In this document: positions 9,374-17,948 of the stretch, one piece after another
Layout of the letters: each line of letters begins with the position of its first letter
How positions within the stretch are numbered: the stretch's first letter is position 1
Source of the DNA: Burkholderiales bacterium
GTDB lineage: Bacteria > Pseudomonadota > Gammaproteobacteria > Burkholderiales > JAEUOS01
Direction: 5' to 3'
Assembly: GCA_016790695.1 (NCBI GenBank)
Contig: JAEUOS010000192.1
Span: 13,064-77,063, forward strand
Length of the DNA: 64,000 bases
Position numbers and translations under genes: made by a program
The notes under the pieces: generated by a model
The model's database searches: none
What the model saw: the letters and a program-made list of their open reading frames with translations, nothing else
Told to the model about the DNA's origin: nothing

Positions 9374-10264
9374 TCAGTCCGATTCGCGCCGGCGCAGCGG
9401 ATTGGCGGCCAGCAGCACCGCCAGCGACAGGAGGGTGACGATGGCGAGCAGCAGGATCGACAAGGCGGAGGCGACGCCGAGCTTCTGGCTGACGAAGGCC
9501 GCCTTGTAGATGTGCAGCGAGAACAGGTCGGTCGCCTGGCCCGGCCCGCCGAAGGTCATCACGTAGATCACCTCGAGGCCGCGGAAGCCGTCGATCATGC
9601 GCATGAGCAGGGTCACGATGAGGATCGGCTTGATGATCGGCAGCTTGACCAGGAAGATCGTCTGCCAGGTGCTGGCGCCGTCGATCCGCGCCGCCTCGGT
9701 CACCGCGGTGTCCATGCCCTGCAGGGCGGCCAGGGCCATGATGAACACGAACGGCGTCCACTGCCAGATGTCGGTGACGACCATGGCGAGGAACGCCGTC
9801 TCGGGCGCCGCGAGCCACGACCGCGGTGCAATGCCGAACAGGCCGGTCAGATGGTTGATCGGCCCGTAGGAGGCGTCGAACAGGTAGCGCCAGATCAGGC
9901 CGACGCAGATCGGCGCGATCATCATCGGCAGCACGAAGATGGTGCGGAAGACCCGCATCCCGCGCACCGGCCGCTCCAGGAACAGCGCGAGCGCGACACC
10001 CAGGCACATCTCGGCGGCGACCGCCAGCACCACGAAGGCGAGCGTGACCGCCAGCGAGGTCCAGACCTGCGGGCTGCCCAGCATCGCGACGAAGGCTTCC
10101 GTTCCCGTCCAACGCGCGGTCTCCCACGGCGTTCCCATGCCCCAGTCGTAGAACGACAGCTGGGCGGCCTTGGCGATCGGCCACAGCAGCCCGGCCGCCA
10201 TCACCAGCACGGCGGGCGCGATGTAGACGTAGGGGACGGCGCGGGAAATGCGGGCGGAAATCAT
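9374..10264 (-). CDS. Carbohydrate (CUT1) ABC transporter permease, MalF/UgpA-like
   Basis: 296 aa, multi-TM, with EAA loop (AVTEAARIDGASTWQTIF). Stop lies 1 nt before the next permease start. Confidence 0.9.
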   Translation of the reverse strand: MISARISRAVPYVYIAPAVLVMAAGLLWPIAKAAQLSFYDWGMGTPWETARWTGTEAFVAMLGSPQVWTSLAVTLAFVVLAVAAEMCLGVALALFLERPVRGMRVFRTIFVLPMMIAPICVGLIWRYLFDASYGPINHLTGLFGIAPRSWLAAPETAFLAMVVTDIWQWTPFVFIMALAALQGMDTAVTEAARIDGASTWQTIFLVKLPIIKPILIVTLLMRMIDGFRGLEVIYVMTFGGPGQATDLFSLHIYKAAFVSQKLGVASALSILLLAIVTLLSLAVLLAANPLRRRESD

Positions 10265-10343
10265 GGGACGGGCGGCGGGGCGGGCGCCGGCGCGGCCCCG
10301 CGGGAGCGCACCGGTGCCGGCCCGCCGGCAGCGCGGACGGCGG

Positions 10344-11693
10344 TCAACCCTTGAGCCAGCCGCCCTTGCGCACCACGTCCTCCGCGGCCGGGACGATGGC
10401 GGTCAGCGCATCCTTGGCCGACTTCTTGCCCGTGATGACGTCGGGCAGCGCGAGGCCGATGATCTGCTGGCTGATGTGATCCCATTCGGGGATCAGCGGG
10501 CGCCAGTCCGGGTTGGCGATCTTCAGCGCCTCCCTGAGCACCGGGAACTCGATCGGGTACTTCTTCTTCGTCTCGGCGTTCTCGAGCGTGGACCAGCGCG
10601 AGGCGCTGCCGCCGAGCAGCGCGACCTTGACGTCCTGCTGCTTGGCGGTCAGCCACTGGATCAGCAGGAACGCCGCGTCCTTGTTCTTCGCGTTCTTCGG
10701 GATCGCCAGCCCGAAGCCGCCGGTCTGCGCCGAATGCTTGACCGCCTTCGGATGAATCGCGTAGCCGACCTTGCCCGCGATGCGCGACTTGGCGGGATCC
10801 TGCACCGGTCCGAATACCGAGACGGAATCGAGGTAGAACGCGGCCTGTCCCTGGAGAAACGCATTCTGCATCTCGCCGAAGCCGAACGAGGGGATGCCGG
10901 GCGGCCCGGTGTCGACGATCTCCTTGAGCACCTCGGCCGCCTTGACCGCGGGCGGCAGATGCAGCGCGGCCTTGAACTTCGCGTCGAACACCTCGCCGCC
11001 GTGCGGCGTGAGGTGCAGGAGCCAGGCGGCGGTCACCTGATGGCCGGTCTGGCCGCGCGAGGTGAGCCCGCCCATTCCGGGCTCCTTCGCCTTGATCACG
11101 CGGCACTGGCCGAGCAGGTCGTCGTAGGTGGCCGGCACCTTCAGGTTGTGCTTCTCGAGGATGTCCTTGCGGTAGGCGAGCACGCCGGTCTCGGCGCCGT
11201 AGGGGATGCCGTAGAGCTTCGCGCCGGGGCCCGGCAGGTACATCTTGGGCCCGCCCACCAGGCCGATGTTCTCGTAGTAGGCGGTGATCAGATCCTTCAT
11301 GTCGTAGCCCGGATCGGCGAGCGCCTTGTTGGCGAAGAAGGGCTCGAGGGGGGCCAGGAGGTTCTTGGCCACATACTCGGTCTTCCACATCACCACGTAG
11401 GTGATGATGTCGTAGTCCCCCTGCGGCTTGCCCATCTCGAGGACCTGCTTGTCCTTCATCCGCAGGTACTGCATCTTGTCGCGCTCGACCTTGATGCCGG
11501 TCTCCTGGGTGAATTCGGCGAACAGCTTCTCCGCCTGGTCGTAGTGCGGGTGGGCCGGGTAGTTGATGACCACCGTCTGGCCCTTGTACTTCGCGTAGCG
11601 GTTCTGGGCGTTCGCGCCCCGGATCAGGGGGAACTGGGCGGCGCCCAGGATGGCGGCCATGCCCCCGGCCTTCAGAAGTTCGCGCTTGTTCAT
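10344..11693 (-). CDS. Extracellular solute-binding protein (family 1, sugar/acid-sugar ABC)
   Basis: ATG at 11693 by codon count (449 aa, MNKRELLKAGGMAAILGAAQFPLIRGANAQ signal). AAGGAG upstream. The rest of the 757-aa track ORF is shadow sequence. Confidence 0.9.
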   Translation of the reverse strand: MNKRELLKAGGMAAILGAAQFPLIRGANAQNRYAKYKGQTVVINYPAHPHYDQAEKLFAEFTQETGIKVERDKMQYLRMKDKQVLEMGKPQGDYDIITYVVMWKTEYVAKNLLAPLEPFFANKALADPGYDMKDLITAYYENIGLVGGPKMYLPGPGAKLYGIPYGAETGVLAYRKDILEKHNLKVPATYDDLLGQCRVIKAKEPGMGGLTSRGQTGHQVTAAWLLHLTPHGGEVFDAKFKAALHLPPAVKAAEVLKEIVDTGPPGIPSFGFGEMQNAFLQGQAAFYLDSVSVFGPVQDPAKSRIAGKVGYAIHPKAVKHSAQTGGFGLAIPKNAKNKDAAFLLIQWLTAKQQDVKVALLGGSASRWSTLENAETKKKYPIEFPVLREALKIANPDWRPLIPEWDHISQQIIGLALPDVITGKKSAKDALTAIVPAAEDVVRKGGWLKG

Positions 11694-11749
11694 CGTGGTC
11701 TCCTTGTCGACGTCGTGCGGGTGATGGGGTGGAATGCGGGCGGGTCGGA

Positions 11750-12562
11750 TCACGCGGGCCGCGGCGCAGTCGGCGCGGCGCGGGGCCTGGCAGGCGCGGC
11801 TTCCTTCGGCTGCAGGGTTCCCGCGAGCTCGTCGCCCGCGCTGACCCAGAAGTCCCTGCCGGCCATGGCGATGCGCTTCTTGGCGTTGTCCATGTGGCGC
11901 GCCGCGGCGCGGCGGGCGGCGGCGGCGTCGCCGGCATCGATCGCCGCGAGGATCGCGGCATGCTCCCGGCCGACGGCGGCCGCGAAGTCGATCCGGCGCG
12001 CCTCGTTGGCGCGCGTGACGCGCGTCGCGTCGTGCAGGTACTGGCCGAGGAACGCGAGGACCGAGAGGATGTAGGGGTTGCGGCTGGCCTCCGCCACCAG
12101 GCGATGGAAGCGCACGTCCTCGGCAACGCCGTCCTCGCCACGGGCGACGGCGCGTTCGAGATCCCGGAGCGCGGTGCGCATGGCGTCGACGTCGGCGCGG
12201 CGGCGGCGCTCCGCCGCCAGCGCGGCCGACTCGCCCTCGATGGCGCGGCGCAGCTCGACGATGTGGCGCACCGCCTGCTCGGAGCGGCCGGCATCGGGCG
12301 CGATGCGCAGCGGCTTCACGTGGGCGCCGGGCCGCACGTACAGCCCGCTGCCCTGGCGCGAGAGCAGCAGGCCTTCGGACTTCAGCCGCGACACCGCTTC
12401 GCGCACGACGGTGCGCGAGACGCCGAACTGCTGCGACAGCTGGCTCTCGGTGGGCAGCCGCGAGGTCGCGTCGAAGGTGCCGGCGTCGACGCGGGCGCGC
12501 AGCGCCGCCGCCACCTGGTCGGCCAGATTGGGGGCGGCCCCCACCGGGGCGAAGGGTTGCAT
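11750..12562 (-). CDS. GntR/FadR-family transcriptional regulator
   Basis: 270 aa; winged-HTH (LPTESQLSQQFGVSRTVVREAVSRLKSEGLL) plus an FCD-type C-terminal domain. Confidence 0.9.
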   Translation of the reverse strand: MQPFAPVGAAPNLADQVAAALRARVDAGTFDATSRLPTESQLSQQFGVSRTVVREAVSRLKSEGLLLSRQGSGLYVRPGAHVKPLRIAPDAGRSEQAVRHIVELRRAIEGESAALAAERRRRADVDAMRTALRDLERAVARGEDGVAEDVRFHRLVAEASRNPYILSVLAFLGQYLHDATRVTRANEARRIDFAAAVGREHAAILAAIDAGDAAAARRAAARHMDNAKKRIAMAGRDFWVSAGDELAGTLQPKEAAPARPRAAPTAPRPA

Positions 12563-12824
12563 CGACCGGATCCCTCGTTGGCGTCGCGGCAGAAGTAATC
12601 AGGTCATCATACAACATCCCGGTGCGTCCGGCGCGTGCGGCGTCCGGCGGTCGCCGCCGCCTGCGGTTAGAGGCCGGTCTCTACAAATTCCGGCGTTTCT
12701 AGTGTGCGCTCTCTAGACGGGCGGCCTAACATCCGGTTCACGCCGCGCGCCGTCATTCACGAGAGCAGGGCGCGCAACCGACCCGACCGCGATCGCGGTC
12801 AAACGACAGCGAAGGAGTCACAGC

Positions 12825-13349
12825 ATGGCCACGAAAGCGAAACAATCCGGAACCAGCCAGGGCGCCGCGAAGGCCCTTCCCGACAGCAAGCTGCTGCAGG
12901 CGGTGCGCGAGTCCGCGCAGGAGATCTGGCAGGCAGGCCTGGGCGCGTTCGCCAAGGCGCAGCAGGAAGGCACCAAGCTGTTCGAGGCGCTGGTCAAGGA
13001 AGGCGAGGACCTCTCGAAGAAGACGCGCTCGATCGCCGAGGGCAAGATCAACGAGGTCACCGGGAACGTCTCGAAGGCGGCGACGCAGATCTCCTCGAAG
13101 GCGCAGGCCTCGGCCAACGAGGCCTGGGACAAGCTCGAGCAGGTGTTCGAGGATCGCGTCGCGCGCGCGTTGAACCGCCTGGGCGTGCCCACGCAGCGCG
13201 ACGTGCAGTCGCTCGCCAAGCGTGTCGAGGAACTCACCGCCAGCGTGCACGCGCTCTCCGGCGGCCCGGCGGCGCGCAAGGCGCCGGCGAAGAAGGCGAC
13301 CGCGAAGAAGGCGGCCGCGAAGAAGCCCGCGCCGCGGCGCGCGGCCTGA
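12825..13349 (+). CDS. Phasin (polyhydroxyalkanoate granule-associated protein, PhaF/PhaI-like) with a lysine/alanine-rich tail
   Basis: 174 aa; a helical phasin core (AQEIWQAGLGAFAKAQQEGTKLFEALVKEGE), then AKKATAKKAAAKKPAPRR. Confidence 0.85.
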   Translation: MATKAKQSGTSQGAAKALPDSKLLQAVRESAQEIWQAGLGAFAKAQQEGTKLFEALVKEGEDLSKKTRSIAEGKINEVTGNVSKAATQISSKAQASANEAWDKLEQVFEDRVARALNRLGVPTQRDVQSLAKRVEELTASVHALSGGPAARKAPAKKATAKKAAAKKPAPRRAA

Positions 13350-13400
13350 GCGCCCGCAATGTTCAGCGGCGCGATGTCGGCGATGGCCGCGTCGATGCCA

Positions 13401-13438
13401 TCCGCGCCCGCCCGCCGATCCCGGGGGGCGGGCGCGGA
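13401..13438 (+). terminator. Strong GC hairpin downstream of the phasin gene (candidate terminator without a U-tract)
   Basis: 13401-13413 pairs with 13426-13438 (13 bp). After one mismatch there are 3 more bp and a 4-nt loop (atcc). It starts 52 nt after the phasin stop. No T-run follows. Confidence 0.4.
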
Positions 13439-13519
13439 CCTTGAATCCGCGCTCCCCGCGACGCCTGCCGCGACGCTGCTCCCTCCAGCCAGCGGCCGGC
13501 AGCGAGGGGTGCGGACCCG

Positions 13520-14920
13520 TTGACGGTGACGCCGGTGATTGCGACGGGCGACAGGCGCGGCGTGGCCGCGCCGGCAGGAGCGGGCAGCAAGCCGCGGGCC
13601 GCGCATCGGCCGGCCGCGCGCCCGTCGCCCGGGACCGGTCGGCGCCGCCTGCCCCGGCCGCGCGTCGCGCTCGCGATGGCGGGCGGCGGGCCGCTGGGCG
13701 CGATCTACGAAGTCGGCGCGCTCGCGGCGCTGGCGGAATCCCTGCACGGCCTCGACTTCAACCGTCTCGACGCCTATGTCGGCGTCTCCGCCGGCGGCAT
13801 CCTCGGCGCCGGGCTGGCCAACGGCATCACGCCGCGCGAGATGTGCCACCTGTTCATCGATGCCCCGGCGGACGGTCGCGCGCCCGACGGGGAGGTGCAG
13901 CCGTTCGACCCGTCGATGCTGATGCGGCCCGCGTTCGGCGAATACTGGGAGCGCCTGAAGCGCGTGCCGCCGCTGGCCGTCGAGGCGCTGTGGCGCTACG
14001 TGCGCTCCGGGCGCGGCCACGGGCCCGCGGGCATGCTCGGCGCCGCCGAGCATCTGGTGCAGTTGCTGCCGGCAGGCCTGTTCTCCAACGAGCCGCTGCG
14101 CGCCTACCTCGCGCGCCTGTTTGCCGCCCCGGGCCGGACCGACGATTTCCGCAAGCTCGGCACGCGCCTGTACCTGATCGCCACCGACCTCGATTCCGGC
14201 AAGGCGGTCGCCTTCGGGGCCGCCGGCCACGACGCGGTGCCGATCTCGGTCGCCGCGACGGCGAGTTCGGCCCTGCCCGGCCTGTTCCCGCCGGTGGAGA
14301 TCGCGGGTCGGCACTACGTGGATGGCGCGCTCAAGCGGACCCTGCATGCCTCGGTCGCCCTGCAGGGCGGCGCCGACCTGGTGATCTGCCTCAATCCGCT
14401 GGTGCCGTACGACGACAGCGCGGTGATCGCGGCGGGCGGCCGCGGTCGGCGCCTGATCGACGGCGGGTTGCCGCTGGTGGCCCTGCAGACCGTGCGCGCG
14501 GTGATCCACTCGCGCATGGAGATCGGCATGCGCCAGTACGGCGACGACTTTCCCCACGCCGACGTGGTGCTGTTCGAGCCCAACCGCGCCGATGCCGAGA
14601 TGTTCTTCACCAACATGTTCAGCTACTCGAACCGGCGCCGGCTGTCCGAGCACGCGTACCAGAAGACCCGCGCGGAATTGTGGCGCCGCCGGCACGAGCT
14701 GGCGCCGGTCCTGGCGCGGCACGGCATCGCCATCGACGTGGCGGCGCTGCGCGACACGTCCCGGACGCTGGTGGGAGGCCGTGGCCGCCCCGCGCGCGCG
14801 GCATGGCTGCCGTTCGGCACGATCACGGCGCAACTCGCCGATACCCTCGACGACCTGGGCCGCCTGCTCGGCCATCTGGACGCCCGGCGCGCGCCGGCGG
14901 CCCGCGCGGCGCGGGCGTGA
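13520..14920 (+). CDS. Patatin-like phospholipase
   Basis: GGGPLG oxyanion motif, GVSAG nucleophile elbow and YVDGAL catalytic Asp. The start is uncertain: TTG at 13520 is the first in-frame start, and the ATG at 13676 would remove the conserved RVALAMAGGG strand. Confidence 0.8.
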   Translation: MTVTPVIATGDRRGVAAPAGAGSKPRAAHRPAARPSPGTGRRRLPRPRVALAMAGGGPLGAIYEVGALAALAESLHGLDFNRLDAYVGVSAGGILGAGLANGITPREMCHLFIDAPADGRAPDGEVQPFDPSMLMRPAFGEYWERLKRVPPLAVEALWRYVRSGRGHGPAGMLGAAEHLVQLLPAGLFSNEPLRAYLARLFAAPGRTDDFRKLGTRLYLIATDLDSGKAVAFGAAGHDAVPISVAATASSALPGLFPPVEIAGRHYVDGALKRTLHASVALQGGADLVICLNPLVPYDDSAVIAAGGRGRRLIDGGLPLVALQTVRAVIHSRMEIGMRQYGDDFPHADVVLFEPNRADAEMFFTNMFSYSNRRRLSEHAYQKTRAELWRRRHELAPVLARHGIAIDVAALRDTSRTLVGGRGRPARAAWLPFGTITAQLADTLDDLGRLLGHLDARRAPAARAARA

Positions 14921-14964
14921 CGCGCGGCCGGCCGCAGGCCGCGGCCGCGTGCGGACGCCCATCG

Positions 14965-15066
14965 GCGTCGCCCGCCTGAGCCGGTGCCCGCCCTTGCCGG
15001 TGCCCGCCCTTGCCGGTGCCCGCCCTTGCCGGTGCCCGCCTGTGCCGGTGCCCGCCTGTGCCGGCA
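14965..15066. repeat. 16-bp tandem repeat: 5 full copies plus degenerate flanking copies
   Basis: Units at 14981, 14997 and 15013 are ccggtgcccgcccttg. Units at 15029 and 15045 are ccggtgcccgcctgtg. A 12/16 copy sits at 14965 and a partial copy at 15061. The repeat lies between convergent genes. Confidence 0.9.
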
Positions 15067-15105
15067 CGCCGGCGCCGCACGCGCGTCGCGGGCGACGGCG
15101 CGGGT

Positions 15106-15906
15106 TCAGCCGACCTTCGCCAGCGCGCCGCCGTCGACCGGCAGCGCCACGCCGGTGATGAAGCTGGCCTCGTCGGAGGCGAGGAACAGCGCGGCGTTGG
15201 CGACGTCCCACGCGGTGCCCATCCTGCCGCGCAGCGGCACCTGCGCGTCACGCTCGGCCTCGACCTCGGCGCGCGGCCGGTTGAAGGCGCGCGCGCGCGT
15301 GTCCACCGCCATCGGCGTGTTGATCAGGCCCGGCAGGATCGCGTTGGCGCGCACGCCGTAGGGCGCGTTGGCGAGGGCGAGCTGCTGGGTGAAGGCGATC
15401 ATCGCCGCCTTGGTCGCCTTGTAGGCGACGTACGGGTAGACGCTCCAGGCGGCGATCGAGGAGATGTTGACGATCGCGCCGCTCTTCTGCGCGCGCATCA
15501 CCGGCACCACGTGCTTGCAGGCCATCACCGTGCCGCGCAGGTTGATCGCCACGACGCGGTCGAAGCCGTCCTCGGTGATGTCGGCGAGCGCCGCGTCGCC
15601 GCCCGCGATCGAGACGCCGACATTGTTGTGCAGGACATCGACGCGTCCCCAGCGCGACATCGCGTCGGCGACCATGGCGGCCATGTCGCTCTCGTGCACG
15701 ACGTCGGCCGCGAAGGCCGCGGCGGTGCCGCCGGCGGATGCGATCGCGGCCGCGGTGGCGTCGGCGCCGGCGCGGTCGCGGTCGACGCACAGCACGCGCG
15801 CACCCTCGCGCGCGAACGTGAGGGCGGCGGCGCGGCCGTTGCCGACGCCCTCGCCGGGGCTCTGCCCGGCGCCGACGACGATGGCGACGCGGTCCTTCAG
15901 GCGCAT
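15106..15906 (-). CDS. Short-chain dehydrogenase/reductase (SDR)
   Basis: 266 aa; VVGAGQSPGEGVG cofactor motif, NISS and YxxxK (YVAYKATK). Confidence 0.9.
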   Translation of the reverse strand: MRLKDRVAIVVGAGQSPGEGVGNGRAAALTFAREGARVLCVDRDRAGADATAAAIASAGGTAAAFAADVVHESDMAAMVADAMSRWGRVDVLHNNVGVSIAGGDAALADITEDGFDRVVAINLRGTVMACKHVVPVMRAQKSGAIVNISSIAAWSVYPYVAYKATKAAMIAFTQQLALANAPYGVRANAILPGLINTPMAVDTRARAFNRPRAEVEAERDAQVPLRGRMGTAWDVANAALFLASDEASFITGVALPVDGGALAKVG

Positions 15907-15936
15907 GGCGGGGCCCTCCTCGGGCGGGGTGCGGAA

Positions 15937-16752
15937 TCAATCGATGTCATCGGTGTTGCCGGAGAACTCGATCGGGCAATAGAAGCCGCCGTGGAACTGC
16001 GCGGCAATCTCGTTCTCCTTTTCGCCCCTGGCGAGGATCTCGGCGGCGTAGACCTCGGAGTCGTCGACCGGGCGGTAGCCCAAGAACCTGACGTTGCTGT
16101 TGTCCCAGCGGCTGCGCAGGTTGTTCGAGACGCCGTAGACCACCGCGAAGTGGTAGTTCGGATGGTCGATGCAGCGCCGCACGAGCTGCACCATGTCGCG
16201 ATGGCTGATCCAGGTGAGCAGCTGGCGCGCGTTGTCCGGGCGGTCCGGATTGCGGAACGTGCCGATGCGCAGGCACGCGACCGACAGGCCGTGCTTGTCC
16301 GCATAGAGCCGGCCGACGGCCTCGCCGAACACCTTGGAGACGCCGTAGCGGGTGTCGGGCCGCGGCACCACGGTGTCGTCGATGAAACGCTCGCGCCGGT
16401 GAAAGCCGATCGCGTGGTTGGAGGAAGCGAAGATCACGCGGCCCACGCCCTGGCGCCGCGCCGCCTCGAACACGTTGTAGCAGCCGGCGATGTTGGCCGG
16501 CAGCACCTTCTCCCAGCTGTCCTCCACCGAGACCCCGCCCAGGTGCACCACGCAGTCGATGCCCGCCATGCTCCTCTCGAGCGCGGCGATGTCGGCGAGG
16601 TCGCACTGCACGAGTTCCTCGCCGGCGGCGGCGTCGCCGAGCGGCGCGATGTCCGACAGGCGCAGCAGCGCGTAGCTGCCGCGGAGGCCCTGGCGCAGCG
16701 CGACGCCGATCTGGCCGGCGGCGCCGGTGATGAGGATGCGATTGGCCTGCAT
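15937..16752 (-). CDS. udh: Uronate dehydrogenase (NAD-dependent epimerase/dehydratase fold)
   Basis: 271 aa. By-eye alignment to my recollection of Agrobacterium Udh shows LITGAAGQIG, VQCDLAD, VHLGGVSVE, FASSNHAIGF, YGVSKVFGE, LRIG, WDNS..FLGY.P.D and HGGFY. Confidence 0.8.
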   Translation of the reverse strand: MQANRILITGAAGQIGVALRQGLRGSYALLRLSDIAPLGDAAAGEELVQCDLADIAALERSMAGIDCVVHLGGVSVEDSWEKVLPANIAGCYNVFEAARRQGVGRVIFASSNHAIGFHRRERFIDDTVVPRPDTRYGVSKVFGEAVGRLYADKHGLSVACLRIGTFRNPDRPDNARQLLTWISHRDMVQLVRRCIDHPNYHFAVVYGVSNNLRSRWDNSNVRFLGYRPVDDSEVYAAEILARGEKENEIAAQFHGGFYCPIEFSGNTDDID

Positions 16753-16806
16753 GCGTCCCTCCCTTCTATGGTTCGTCGGCGGCGTGGATGCCGCCCCATG
16801 CGCCGG

Positions 16807-17895
16807 CTAGACCCGCAGCGCCTCCAGCCCCTTCCAGTCGAACTCGACGCCGTGCCCCGGGCGATCCGGCGCGACCGCGCAGCCCTCCGCGATCGCCAGC
16901 GGATGGGCGATGTACTGGTCCAGGCCGAATCCGTGCGCCTCGAGGTAGCTGCGGTTGGGGCAGGCGGCCAGGCAGTGCACGGTGATGTCGTGCGCGCCGT
17001 GCGAGGTCACCGGCAGGTTGGCCGCCTCGGCCAGGCGCGCCACCTTCATGAACCCGGTGACGCCGCCGACGACGGTGACGTCCGGCTCGGGAAAGGTCAC
17101 GCCGCCGGCGGCGATCATGTTCTGGAACTCCGACAGGGTGTGGAAGTTCTCGCCGGTCGCCACCGGCAGCCCGCCGTCGCGCACGATGCGCGCATGACCG
17201 GCGATGTCGTCGGGGATCGTGGGCTCCTCCAGCCAGACCGGCTGCAGGGGCGCGAGCGCGCGCGCCGCGCGGATCGCCTCGTCGGCGCTCCAGCGCATGT
17301 TCGCGTCGACCATCAGCGGGAAGTCGGCGCCGAGGTGCGCGCGCATCGCCGCCACCCGCGCCACGTCCTCCGAGAGCCGCGGCCGGCCCACCTTCATCTT
17401 GATGGCGCGAAACCCCTTCGCCAGGTTGGCGTCGGTCTGCGCGAGCAGCGCCTCCTCGGTGAACCAGAGGTCGATGCCGCCGGCGTAGCACGGCACGCGC
17501 GCGTCGAAGCCGCCCAGGAGCGTCCACAGCGGCACGCCGAAGCCGCGCGCCTTCAGGTCCCACAGCGCGATGTCGATCGCGGCGATCGCCATGGTCGCGG
17601 CGCCGCCGCGGCCGCCGTAGTGCAGGCGCCACCACATCTTCTGCCACACGGCCTCGATCAGGTCGGCGCGCTCCCCGACGAGCCCGGGCGCGAGGTCGTG
17701 GGCGATGGTGGCCGCGATCGCGCGGCCGTTGGCGCCGACGGTGTAGGTGTAGCCGCAGCCGTCGCCGCCGGCCGAGTCGGTGACGCGCGCGGTGACGAGT
17801 TCGAAGTGCGTCAGCGTGCCGTGAGTGCTGTCGCTCAGGGTCACCGGCAGCGGGATGCGGTAGAGGTCGGCGCGGACCGAGGCGATCGTGTTCAT
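16807..17895 (-). CDS. Enolase-superfamily enzyme, mandelate-racemase-subgroup-like (acid-sugar dehydratase/cycloisomerase candidate)
   Basis: ATG at 17895 by codon count (362 aa). KxK (IKMKVG), metal ligands MVDANM / WLEEP / ATGEN, and a late His (TSHGAHD). Confidence 0.85.
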   Translation of the reverse strand: MNTIASVRADLYRIPLPVTLSDSTHGTLTHFELVTARVTDSAGGDGCGYTYTVGANGRAIAATIAHDLAPGLVGERADLIEAVWQKMWWRLHYGGRGGAATMAIAAIDIALWDLKARGFGVPLWTLLGGFDARVPCYAGGIDLWFTEEALLAQTDANLAKGFRAIKMKVGRPRLSEDVARVAAMRAHLGADFPLMVDANMRWSADEAIRAARALAPLQPVWLEEPTIPDDIAGHARIVRDGGLPVATGENFHTLSEFQNMIAAGGVTFPEPDVTVVGGVTGFMKVARLAEAANLPVTSHGAHDITVHCLAACPNRSYLEAHGFGLDQYIAHPLAIAEGCAVAPDRPGHGVEFDWKGLEALRV

Positions 17896-17948
17896 CGATT
17901 CCGGGCCGCGTCGGGAGCGCGTCGCGTTTGCCGGCAGGCCATGGGGAG

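Noticed and set aside
12593-12616. AT-richer patch (gtaatcaggtcatcatacaac) upstream of the GntR gene as a GntR/FadR operator (GT-N6-AC)
   Set aside because: There is only a weak, non-palindromic resemblance to GntR-family sites, and I found no second copy in front of the regulated operon.
13270-13340. Repetitive gcgaagaagg / gccgcgaagaag DNA near the phasin 3' end
   Set aside because: It lies inside the CDS and simply encodes the AKKA-type lysine/alanine tail. It is not an independent DNA element.
14965-15066. Possibility that the 16-bp tandem array is a CRISPR array
   Set aside because: The units are directly adjacent with no spacers. The unit is too short, and no cas genes are present. 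It is a simple tandem repeat.
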